From Mobula hypostoma (taxonomy: Eukaryota): 64,000 nt of DNA. The stretch spans positions 84,012,001-84,076,000 of the forward strand of contig NC_086108.1 in NCBI RefSeq assembly GCF_963921235.1, given 5' to 3'. Both the position numbers and the translations under genes were made by a program. This document shows, piece by piece, positions 40,811 to 52,036 of this stretch (the first letter of the stretch is position 1; every line of letters begins with the position of its first letter). The notes under the pieces are model-generated. The model had not been told where the DNA came from. It worked only from the letters and a program-made list of their open reading frames with translations, and ran no database searches.

Positions 40811-42849
40811 GACATATGGAGATTCTTGCTGTACGTGAAGAAGAGTCTCCGCCCAAAACATCAACAATCAATTCACTTTCATAGACTGGCTTAGTTCCTC
40901 AAGCATTTTGTGTGTGTTGCTTTGAATTTCCACCAGCTGCAGACTTTTTTGTGTTTATGATAGTGAGATGACTCAGTTAGTTGTATGCTATTGGTACCTT
41001 CCAATCTTAAGTATGATATTTGGGCTGAAACTATGGCGCATTTTGAGTGAATAGTGTTGAATGATTAAATGATGAGCCAAGTAGCAAACTCCTAAACCTA
41101 CTTTCCATTTATTTTCAGTTGTATTTCAAGCAATTAAAAGCAAACCATTTTAATTTCCAGTCAGCTGCCACATACTTACAAATACTTCTAACACTATTAA
41201 TCATTTTAGCCAATAATTTTAACAATAATGCTGAATTGCTCAAAGTACCTCATATGAAATCTTTTTGCTATTTTAAGAGCAATTATCCCATGATGTTGAT
41301 TGTTGGTTTTCCTAAATTTCTATTTTCATAAAGGAAGGGGAACTAAGTTTCTATGTATTTATGCTATTGGGAATGAAATGTCATGATGTGGCAGTAAAAT
41401 GCCATGATATTCATTCACATGATGCAAATTATGATTCATGGTTGAAAACAAAATGAATCTACATGTGATTTACCTGCATGTTATATGTCATGTCTAGATC
41501 AGGCACGTCCATTTTTAAGCTCAACAGAGATCACAGCTCCCCCTTGTGCTGCCTAACAAAACAATCTGACTTCATAAATGATGTCAGATTCAGCTTTTTC
41601 AAGATGATTTTCCCTCCTATATGTACATGTGTATATGTATATATATGCCCCTATTCATTACAAAATATCCTCAATCAATTGAAGTTTCAATTTATTTACA
41701 AAAGAAGCTGGTTGTTTGCCTGAAAAGAAACACACTTCTACTAATGGATCTATGCTGATGTGCCTTCCAAATGAACAGAAGCCCAAGTCACATGAAGCAA
41801 CATAACTTTGTTTAGCAATGTTTTCCCCTTTTTTGTTCCTACCTGAAGTTCCCACCAAGTATATTCATAACAAGGAATCAGATTCATCTCAGCAAAGTAA
41901 TTTTTACATTTATAAATAGAGCCAATCACCTCTACAGCACCATTCCTCCATAGTGCTGCAGATAATGCGATTCCAATCAAATTCTGGGTATTCTCAATGG
42001 AGATATTGGAGGTAGACAGGTTTATTAAAGCAGAAGGAAAGTGAAAAGTATGCTCCTAATAGGAAGGCCAATGTAAGTGAATTAAAAATAAATCCTATAA
42101 TTGCAATAATTTTCTATTAAATTAGTATAAATTGCTTTTGGAGATCAATGCAAATTAACTTCTTCACAAAAGGAATGTATGCAAAAGATGTTTACGAAGA
42201 GAACCATGTCCAAGTACAATCTCATAGAATTGACTAGTTATCACTCTGCATTTATGTTAACAGTTGGGAAACTATATCCTTCTTGCTATCAATGGAGCAA
42301 CTTGCAAACTCAAGACAAAAAACAATTAAAATTCTATGAATAATTAATTTCAGCTGCCAGGTGGTTTTGTGCCATCAAATTGACAAAACAACTAGAACAC
42401 GTGTTTCAGAGAAGGGGTTAGATATGACCTGAAGTATCAGGTAACATTATTCATTGAACAGACAGGTAACTTGGATTCCTTCCAGCTCTTACTGCACAAT
42501 AGTGCGCCGTGTGTGTGAGCATTCGGTTCATGGTTTACTATGAAAACAAGATTCCAAGTCAGTCTGGAATAATTCCAGCTTTATGGATTAGTAAGAGTCA
42601 CATCAGCTGATAGGATTTTGTCACGTTACTTTAGGATAATCTAGATAATCCCAGAATCTTGGCAATACATTGAACCATTTATGGTGAAAGGCTTGATTCT
42701 GGGTTATCACAACCACAGTGTCCTTTCTGTTTCTCAAGAAACCAAAACCTTGGATGGCTCAAGAAGCAGAAAAGTAACATGAAGCACTTCAAATGAATGA
42801 GAAATATTTCACTTACACATGCAAGTTAACATATACAGTGGTGATTCTA

Positions 42850-43115
42850 ACATAGAAACAGAAAACCTACAGCACAATACAGGTCCTTCGGCCTACAAAG
42901 CTGTGCTGAACATGTCCTTACCTTAGCAATTACCTAGGGTTACCCATAGCCCTCTATTTTTCTGAACTCCATGCACCTGTCCAGGAGTCTCTTAAAAGAC
43001 CCTATTGTATCTGCCTCCACCACTGTTACCGGCAACCCATTCCAAGCACTCACCACTGTCTGTGTAAAAAACTTACCCCTGACATCTCCTCTGTACCTAC
43101 TTCCAAACACCTTAA
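42850..43115 (-). mobile_element. CR1-type LINE 3' end
   Basis: ORF 42940-43125 reads GSRYRGDVRGKFFTQTVVSAWNGLP..SFKRLLDR; catagaaa tail. Confidence 0.85.
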
Positions 43116-44957
43116 ATACATACAAATGCTAGACTTGTACTCTGATCTATGTCAAAATAGCATTTATTTGAAAAAGGACCTAGTGCTTTCCCAGTATTTA
43201 TTTGGTTGCATACAGTTATCCTTTCTTTGTTCCAAGTTCATTTGAAGGATACACAAGGAATTTACTTTGCAGTTGTGTGCAAGCCAGGCAATTTAGTTGG
43301 TAATGGCTAAAACAGTCCCATACTCTCAATACACATTTTTATCAAGTCTTAGTTGATTAGATGAAAAACATAATTTTAAAGAATTTGAAGGAATATTTTT
43401 ATGGTCTGATAAGTTACGGATGGATTCAAATCAACAATGGTGAAGCACTGGAAGCTGAGCAAGAAAACAAGAAAAGCAATATGGTTGTCTTTGGATTCAA
43501 GTGGAGGAAGAAAAATATTTTGGTGCTATAATTATTTCATAATTTTATTTCATCAATGAACATTAAAAAAGTATCTAAAATGTAAATGCAATCAGATTTG
43601 TTAAGATCTATCATCATATATAGCTATTTAGAATGGAATCTCATCAAAAACTTTTAAAGTTGCTTTGATTAACCCTATTGAACAGGGTGTAGATAAATAT
43701 TTAAGAATGAAACTTAAAAGAATAGGCATCACAGACCAAAATTCAATGGATGTCAGCAGCTGGAGGATTCTTATATCTAAACAGACATAAGCTCAATAAT
43801 GTGGGGTAAGATTTACATCTTAATTTAATTGTCTCTGTTGGTTAGGTAGTCAGGGAAGAATTGCAGGATTTTATAAAGATTTATATACTCATCAGCATAC
43901 TAAAGAAATGTGGAAGAATCCATAACTAAAATGAATTATGCAATGCCCAGAGAAAGGAGTGGGGCTCAATCTGAAAACTGACCCCTTTTCATATTTTAAC
44001 ACTGTTAAAACCTATATCTTTTCCTGATAAAGGTGTCATACAAGACTTCTGCTAATGGAGGATTCTAATAATGAATGAAGGATGAAGTAGCTTTATGCAT
44101 TTTGTGATATTAAATCTTGGATTTGTTTGTCAGGATTTTATTGGGTTTTTATCAGAAGTCTCCGTTAATGGTACCAGCAGTATCTCTACAAGATTCATGC
44201 TATCTCCCCACGTACTAAAATGCTTTCTGATGTTTATAGAAACAAAATATAAAGGATACTTCAAATTCAATGTTAATATACTTTAACATGTCTCTTCTCC
44301 AAGACTAGAAAAAGATGCAAAAGTACTTAAAAAGCTGACAACTGGGAAAAGAACAAACTCAACATTTTCTCAGGTGACTATTGTTTTTTGCCAGCAAAAA
44401 AAAGCTAGAGAGATATGTTTTTAAAAAAAACAAGAGATAACTGTGTAAGACATTCCTCAGTGCAGGACACCGAGGAATGAGAGTAACATCACCTACACTC
44501 TGTTGTTTCCCCCCCAACCCCCAAATCACCATCAGTAAAATATGCACATTATACTGCTCAAAATACCTTGCTACACATAAGCTTGCTGCCACACTTACTG
44601 ACAAAGCAACAGTAATTGAACTTCAAAAGAAATTTACAGGCGTGGTGTACTTCTAAGGAAGTTATAAGCTGCTTTATAATGTTATATTATTTTCCCATTA
44701 AGTATAAAATCTCCCGTAATAACTCATACACAATGATCTCAGTTTTTAATTATATAATCTGATCATATCCAAAATTTTTTGAACATATTTTATTGAAGGA
44801 CCGACTATCACCTTGAGACCACCAATAATCTTTCTTGCTGATATGGCCAAGCAAAACATCTCTCAAGGGTTAAATTGCCATCAGATTCATTAATAACGTC
44901 AAACATAGTTAAAAAAAAAGGAATCCCCAATTTCATAAAATGACAAAAGTATCATAC

Positions 44958-45104
44958 CTCTTTAATGGCTGACATCTTAACATTCTCATAGTAATGTAGA
45001 GGTGCATTTGGAGCATTCATATCATAGCCAAACCCCGCAACAGCCACTTCATCACAGTTGTGTAAAGCCATTGTTATTGCGACTGTGCCTAGTGTTGGTA
45101 TATT
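44958..45104 (-). CDS. ST3GAL3: ST3GAL3 (beta-galactoside alpha-2,3-sialyltransferase 3), penultimate coding exon
   Basis: 147-nt exon encoding NIPTLGTVAITMALHNCDEVAVAGFGYDMNAPNAPLHYYENVKMSAIKE. It contains sialylmotif S (PTLG..A...AL..CDEV..AGF) and motif III (HYYE) and closely matches the recalled human ST3GAL3 sequence. Minus-strand acceptor tttgcAG at 45106-45105; donor GTATGA starting at 44957. Confidence 0.96.
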
Positions 45105-45432
45105 CTGCAAAGGAAAACAAGCATAATTAACTACAAACAAAATGAGCAAATCTTTGGGAGGCCATATCCAACTCTATTTTTGGAAGTAAATTATTGTGAA
45201 ACTCTATGAAGCTAAGGGGCTGGATGGTGAGGTGGGGGGGGGGGAACAGAGAAAAGTTTTCAAATGACTTTTATTCTCAAAGGTGACATCTGCCGTATAT
45301 TAAGAGAATATTTAGAGTATTTTAGAGTACAAAAGAGTGCAAATCTTCCAAATTTAACAAAGTTGGCTTCATATTTAGTACACAGAACACTATGTATGAA
45401 GTCAGAGAAAACAATGTATAGAGAACACAATG

Positions 45433-45870
45433 AGGTGTATGGGATGTCCAGGGAGGGGTGGCACGTCTGGTGAAGGGGACTGTGGTGACCATTCTAGGGT
45501 AGCTCACTCACCTTTGCTCTCCACTGGACACTCAGCTCTCACCTGCGGCTCCAAGTAGCTGTTTGCATGTGACAGCGGCCACACCCCAGTACACCGCTTC
45601 GCCAGGCGGGCTAAACCAGGTGAAGGTAGCCGGCGGCCTTGCATCCCAGTGAGGAAGGTACATGCCTGCTCTAGCATGCAAAGTCAGCTCTGGATATGAG
45701 CTACAGTGAGATCCAACGGCTAGAAAGGTGGTACTGCAACACGCTGTGAAGAGCGAAGGGCACGACAAGGCACAGAAGGCGTTGTGGTCATCCATCCAAC
45801 GCAACCAAGCAAGACCTCAGTTTTGCCATGTTTGTTTGTACCACTGGACCCGGACTTCTGGGTTCCAATG
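45433..45870 (+). mobile_element. GC-rich interspersed repeat, probably RTE 5'-derived
   Basis: Sharp GC/CpG-rich block with no coherent ORF; family assignment by resemblance only. Confidence 0.4.
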
Positions 45871-45949
45871 CAATGGCCTTTCCACTTTAAAACCTGTCCC
45901 GCACAGATTCCCCGTAAACATTAGACGCAGTGGACAACCACATAGAGAA

Positions 45950-46560
45950 CACTGCTCTGTTAACAAGGATGTTGACATGGTCCCACATGCTAAGTTAGTC
46001 CAGAACTACGTGTCAGATCACATAGGATCAAGGGTGAGCTTGCCAGTTGGATATACAATTGGCTTAGGTGGTAGTGCAGGGTTGTCTTTCCAGTTGCAGG
46101 TATTTTCTAGATTGTAATCAGTGGAGTGCCTCAGAGATCGGTGCTGGGTCCACTGTGGTTCATCATCTACATTAATATGGCCTTATAGATGGCCTCTTAC
46201 AGAGAGATGACCTGATAGCTAGATAGATAGATAGAAAATAATAAGGAGCAGAAATAAGGAGAGAATACAGAATCTTTTTTTTTCCCAGAATAAGGCAGTC
46301 AAGGTTCCCCTACAGATTTAAGGTGAGAGGGAAAAGATTTGTAGGGGTCCTCAGCAGATAGTGGGTATATGGAATGAGCTGCCAAAGGAAGTGGTAGTAG
46401 TAGATAAAAAATACAATGTTTAAAAGAGATTTGGACAGGTACATGGATAAGAAAGGCTTGGAGGAATAAGGGCCAAAAACAGGCAAAAGCTCAGATAAGC
46501 AACGTGGTCAGCAAGGACGGGCTGGACCAAAGTGCTAGTTTCCATGCTGCATAACTATGA
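45950..46560 (+). mobile_element. Degenerate CR1-type LINE fragments
   Basis: agtggagtgcctcagagatcggtgctgggtccactg (SGVPQ.SVLGPL) and a CR1 3' UTR ending ctgcataactatgac. Confidence 0.7.
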
Positions 46561-47591
46561 CACAAGCTGAAAAACTGAGACGAGAAGCTGCAGTAAATCT
46601 CATATTGCCTTTATTGTTGCCTCCCAGTCAAGTCCCTTGCTACAGAGTGAATAATCCAGGGTTCCATATAGGAGTAGCACTGAGAAAGTGCTACATTGTT
46701 GGAGGTGCCCGTTTTCAGAAGAAGATGACAGTTTGTTCTAGAATATAAAAAAAATACTATTTTATTATTGAAACAAAATCTGTGTGGGTGGGGGTGGGGA
46801 TAGTATCTTTCTCATATATTAGCTATCATGAATCAATTGACCAACTTCTTTCAGATAGATTAACTGGTCATATGTGCAAGGATGGACTGTTTCAAAGAGC
46901 AGCATGGTAGTTATTGTTGCGTATTTAATAATATTTGAGCAATATTGTAAATATATTGTTTGATAAATTATTCTTTGTTGTTTACATAATGCATTGTGAG
47001 TTATGTGAATTGAATACATCATGACACTACTGCGTGATAGGTGTGCGCCTCACTTAAAGTAAACACGAAGTTAGACTCAATTTCGGGCTCCAGTGTCCTC
47101 CTTTTAATTAGGTTAATGTTCTGAAGTTACAAAACTTAACAGTGGTGACAGGGTATTTTTAAAACAAACCAGAGATGGTTAACGACCCGCTGAAGTGCAG
47201 CGCGGAATGGTCAAGTTAAATGAAAAGGAAACGCAGCATGTGCTCTTCGGAAGGAAAACACGATCGAGTTTTAAAAAATGCAGAAAATGGAAGAATTCAC
47301 AGGTTCATAAACAGTGAGTACCAGATCATAATAATCATAAAAAAAAGCAGAAATGGATGCCTACTTTGGAAAGATTGATGCATTTGATTCCACAACAGAT
47401 AACTGGATATTATATAAAGAGCAAATTGAGCACTATTTTAAAGCAAATGGAATAGCCAATGAAAAATGAGTACCTGTTTTGCTGAGTGTATCTGATTTAG
47501 AGCATACAGTTTGCTTTGAAGTTTGACTGCTCCAACCAAACTAGCAGAAATTAACTTTACTGATATCGTGAAAGTAATTTAGTAATATTTA

Positions 47592-48397
47592 CGAGAGATC
47601 ATCCACTTTGGAAAAAAAGTGAAAAAGCAGATTTTTTTAATATGGTAAAAATTGCAAAATGCTGCAGTGCAGAGGACTTGGGAGTGCTTGTGCACGAATC
47701 ACAAAAGGTTAGTTTGCAGGTGCAGCAGGCTGTCAAGAAGGCAAATGGAATATTGGCCTTCATTGCTTCGAGGGATTGAATTTAGGAGCAGGGAGGTTAT
47801 GCTGCATCTCTACAGGGTACTGGTGACACCGCACCTGGAGTACTGTATACAGTTCTGGTCTCCTTACTTGAAGATGGATGTACTGGCTTTGGAGGTGTTA
47901 CAGAGGAGGTTCACCAGGTTGATTCCAGAGATGAGGGGGTTAGACTATGAGGAGAGATTGAGTCGCCTGGGACTGTACTCAGTGGAATTCAGAAGAATAA
48001 GAGGTGATCCTATAGAAACACCTAAAATTATGAAAGGGATAGATAAGATCGAGGCAGGAAAGTTGTTTCCACTGATAGGTGAGACTAGAATTAGGGGACA
48101 TAGCCTCAAGATTTGGGGGAGTAGATTTAGGACAGAAATGAGGAGGAACTAGTTTTCCCAGAGTGGTGAATCTGTGGAATTCTATGCCCAATGAAGCAGT
48201 AGAGGCTAACTCAGTAAATATACTTAAGACAAGGTTGGATAGATTTTTTGCATAGTAGGGGAAATTAAGGGCTATGGGGAAAAGGCAGGTAGGTGGAGAT
48301 GAGTCCATGGCCAGATCAGCCATGATCTTACTGAACAGTGGAGCAGGCTCGACAGGCCAAATGGCCGACTTCTGCTCCTATTTCTTACGTTCTTATG
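47592..48397 (+). mobile_element. CR1-type LINE nested in Gypsy gag
   Basis: ORF 47652-48152 reads LYRVLVTPHLEYCIQFWSPYL..QRRFTRLIP; 3' tail tttcttacgttcttatg; gag sequence resumes afterwards. Confidence 0.9.
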
Positions 48398-49386
48398 AAC
48401 ATTTAGATTGTAGAATGTTTTAGGAATCAAAAGGAAGGAGAGCCTATTTCAGTGTGTGTAGATGAATTGAAGAGATTTTCTGAGCATTATCAGTTCAATG
48501 ATGCACTGACAGATTGTTTAGTTGTGGAACCTTACAAAGAAGCATTCAAAAACAGCTCCCAACTGAAGCACAACTTACATTTAAAACAGCAGTTGAAATA
48601 GCTATATCAATGGAAGCAGCAGGGTTGCATTCAGGAATGAAAGTGAGCATGAACAAAATTGCAATGTTTAAACAGAAACCAGCCTGGCCAAACAAACTGT
48701 ATTACCATTGTGGCAGAGGCTCACATACACCAGACCAATGCAGATTTAAAGGGGAAACTTGCAGAAAATGCAACATAGTCAGTCATGTACAAAGACTATG
48801 TCGAGCAGACAAAAATAAATGGACTGCATAGGGAAGAGAAAAAGCTAAAAAGTTAAGTTGCAAATAATCTGCAAAAATCTAATAAGGATGAGAGTGACAC
48901 AGGACTGAGTACTCTTGAGATTGACAATGTGAAAACTAACAATAGACAAGCAATATGGTTTATACCAGAAGTGAATGGCAAATTAATTGAAAGGAAATTG
49001 GACACTGACTTGGCTGTTTCAGTCATTCCACAAAATGAGTTTGAATGGCATTTCAAAGACACTAAACTGAAAACTGCAGATATCCAGCTAAGAACATATA
49101 CTGGAGAAAAGATAACTCCTGTGGGAATGACATTTGTAACAGAGAAATATGACAACCAACAAGCCACATTGGGCTTGTGTGTGGTAAAAAAACAGGAGGG
49201 CCAGTATTGTGGGGATGTGAGTGGCTGAGACAACAACAACTTGATTGGCGATCTATTCACAATTTGCATGCCACTTCCCCCATAATACAGTCAACTGGAA
49301 GTGAATTAAGAAAGGTACTGGATGGTGCCACAACTGTCTCCATGCTATACACCGTTAACCGTTGCAAAACAGAGGGCAAAGAGGAA

Positions 49387-49772
49387 TTGGTGCCAACCTC
49401 TGTGCCTCTGGTTGGAAAGCGTATCGGACCAAGGAAGAGGAAGCGTGAAAGTGACAAAAGCAGTGATCCGATCACTACAGTCTTTGTAGGTAACATATCC
49501 GAGAAAGTCAGTGATGTGTTAATTAAGCAGTTACTTGCAAAATGTGGCTTGGTTTTAAGCTAAAGGAGAGTTCAAGGAGCTTCATGAAAGTTCCAAGCAT
49601 TCAGCTTGTGTTAGTGTGTACATGTTCATCTGAAGATGTTGTGGATGAGGAAACCAAGGGAGAAATCAGATCGTAAACGGAACAACAGAGGGATTAATAA
49701 GAGAATACTCCAGTGAACTCCCAAAATCAAGATGCACAAACTAGAAGAAGAAAAAGGAAGGAGAAAAAAGAT
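49387..49772 (+). pseudogene. RBM25: Processed RBM25 (RNA-binding motif protein 25) fragment inside the Gypsy element
   Basis: Reads LVPTSVPLVGKRIGPRK..DPITTVFVGNISEKVSDVLIKQLLAKCGLVLS*RRVQGAS*KFQAFSLC*. After a gap it continues EDVVDEETK/RNQIVNGTTEGLIREYSSEL/QNQDAQTRRRKRKEKKD. Recalled human RBM25: VLVPTVSMVGKHLGARK..GPTTTVFVGNISEKASDMLIRQLLAKCGLVLSWKRVQGASGKLQAFGFCE...ALDEETKRRDQMIKGAIEVLIREYSSEL..HPRKKKKEKKED. Confidence 0.92.
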
Positions 49773-50393
49773 ACGCACAGCTGTCAAAACCACTTCCTGC
49801 ATTCCCAGATTCAACTCCTACAACCACCATGGAGGAGGCCGCAGAATCTGAGATTGTTTTCACAGCCACAAGTCTCACCTGCCACCCAGAGTGACCTCTC
49901 TTGTCAGCAAAGACGTTATTCCACAACAGTAAGAAGGTCTCCGCAGCAATTAAATCTTTAGGTCTGAATGAGATAATTAAAAAATTTACTATAATTTACT
50001 ATACTGTGGATATCTGTATAGTAGTTGTATTATATAGTAGACCGTGTATATAGTTGAGATGCATTCTATTTTGAGTTGGAGTTTATAAATATGCAAGGAG
50101 GAGTGCTCATAGATTTAATATTTCAACAATATTTACTGAAATTGTAAATATATTGTTTGATTAAGCATTCTTTGTTGTGTACATAATGCATTGCAGGTTA
50201 TATATAAGAGTACATGAGTTGTATATGTCATGCTCTTACCATGTGATACATGGACGTCTGCGTAAGTAATCACAAAGTTAGACTCACATTTTGGACGCCT
50301 ATGTCTTTCTTTTAAATAGTTACAAAACATTACAGTTATCCTCAAGTGAATGATGTGGCCAATATTTATTGCACAATCAACAGCACAAAGATA

Positions 50394-50815
50394 CCAAATA
50401 AACTCTTCTCGGGCTTCTAGCTAGGTACAGGTATCGATTTTAACCAACGTTTCAATGACAAACTCTGCCATCTTCATCAGGGATGATGCCTAGGCATGTC
50501 TAGTCCAGTGGTATATATACCCCCGTCGTCCATCCCTGCTGTTTGGTTAGTCCTTAACCATCAGGTTTCTGCTGTCCCACCTTGTTTACAATTCAATTCC
50601 AGTTCTTTCTTAGAGCAAGACCTTCAGCTTTGTTAAAATTCTTTCCCTCTAGTTTTATTTCAATGGCTTCCTTCACCAAGTGGTCCCAAAACCATCGTCC
50701 CTCATGAAGATGGCAGTTTGTCATCGAAACATTGGTTAAAATTGATACAAGTACCCGACTGGAATAAAGAAAAGAGTTTATTTGTCATATATGCCGGGAA
50801 AGCACGAGATCCTTT
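50394..50815. mobile_element. Penelope-like element remnant with inverted pseudo-LTRs
   Basis: About 95-bp inverted repeats (50395-50488 vs 50693-50784). Minus-strand GIY-YIG C-terminus FWDHLVKEAIEIKLEGKNFNKAEGLALRKNW at about 50598-50690. Flanking 12-bp direct repeat agcacaaagata at 50382-50393 and 50816-50827. Confidence 0.85.
50443..50484 (-). ncRNA. Minimal type I hammerhead ribozyme motif
   Basis: Minus strand reads aucc-CUGAUGA-a-gauggca-gagtt-ugucauu-GAAA-c-GUU-gg: intact CUGANGA and GAAA boxes, a 7-bp stem II, and a short palindromic stem III region (AACGUU). Confidence 0.7.
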
Positions 50816-52036
50816 AGCACAAAGATAGATCAGTTACTTTCATATGGCTATTCGCAGGAGCTAGAACTTGTTCATGGAATCGGAAACACTTTGGGATGAA
50901 TGGAAGCTGTAGAAAATTTTTATTATTTTGTTATTAAGTTCTGTTTTTGGGGCCAAGTTCTATGTTAATGCATTGTAGTTCTAATGTATTACGTGCAATA
51001 ACTGCTACTCAATAAAAACTATATTATCTCAAGGGAACTGCCCATATTCAGCTGTTCTCAGGCAAATAAATTGCATGTATACACAGAACACTGTAAGTCT
51101 AATACAGTATACTAGCAAATCGGCCTTTGCAATCCTACCTTACATATACTTGGTTTTGGAACAGAGTCCACATTTATTTTACTGGAGATTCCCAAAATGG
51201 AGATGAGGAAGAAAAATTTAATTCTGATGAATGCTTTCAGTATTTTGTGTGCTAGTAATTATTTTTTTAATTTTAGTTTTAGTGGATTAATGAGTTTTTA
51301 TTTATTATTTTTGTCACTTCAGAGACATAAAAAGATAAGTTGGAAGTCAAAAATCACGTCATATATGGTCCAATTTAATCTCTTCCATGCCTGGTACACA
51401 GCCACAACCCCCGATGCATTATTCCAATTTTTATTGTACTACTATATCCTATCTCGGGACCAATATATCTTTCTTCTCAGTTGATTAAAAAGAAATAACT
51501 GAGTACAGAGAAAAGTGCTTCAAGTTATTTAATTAACAGAATACTCTCTTCATACTGACAATATCCTTTATCCTTGGGCTGTGGCTAGAAGAACAAACTA
51601 ATCCTACCGGAGAATAGCAAGCCTATTAACTATGAACAAGATTAATTTATAATTAGTATTCTATGCAGTTCTAGAAGTTCAATGTGATGTGCAGAATTAA
51701 TTGTTATCTGAAACCTTTGTAGCTGCATATGATTAACAGGTTTGATATCTTTTTGTAATCACACTCTATTGGTGTCTTATCACTTCTTTCCAAACAGCAA
51801 TACACATATTGATGTGTCTGACAATCCACTGATAACATATACCCAAGGTTCCTGTCATCAATTCTCCAGGATTCTTAAGGATTTGTAGGACTTTTGAATC
51901 TGAAGATATCATCAAATGTAGAGTTACCAAAGAAACATGATTGGAAATAAGTGGCTTAGCTAATTTATCTTTTACTGAAAATCTAAATTATTCCTGGTCT
52001 AAACAGGCTTGGCAGCTAACCTTCAATCTCCTCAAA

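Larger units (their letters stand above)
12948..44957 (-). other. ST3GAL3: ST3GAL3 last intron, 32,010 bp, GT-AG, phase 0
   Basis: Bounded by the donor at 44957 and the acceptor at 12948; the flanking peptides are contiguous in ST3GAL3 (...AIKE|SWTH...). Confidence 0.9.
46915..50334 (+). mobile_element. Gypsy/Ty3 LTR retrotransposon, non-autonomous (gag-protease, RT/RH/IN absent)
   Basis: 5' LTR 46915-47141 and 3' LTR 50104-50334, both TG...CA. 5-bp TSD GTTAT at 46910-46914 and 50335-50339. PBS-like tggtgaca at 47143; PPT aaggaggag before 50104. Gag start MDAYFGKIDAFD at about 47353, zinc knuckles (CGRGSH..QC..CRKC..SH..LC), protease LDT(D)LAVSVI, post-integrase tail RRYSTTVRRSPQQLNL*. Confidence 0.93.

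Noticed and set aside
49561..49563. TGG to TAA change in the RBM25 fragment as APOBEC-type hypermutation
   Set aside because: Single instance; the other stops (GGA>TGA, GAG>TAG relative to the expected residues) are transversions.
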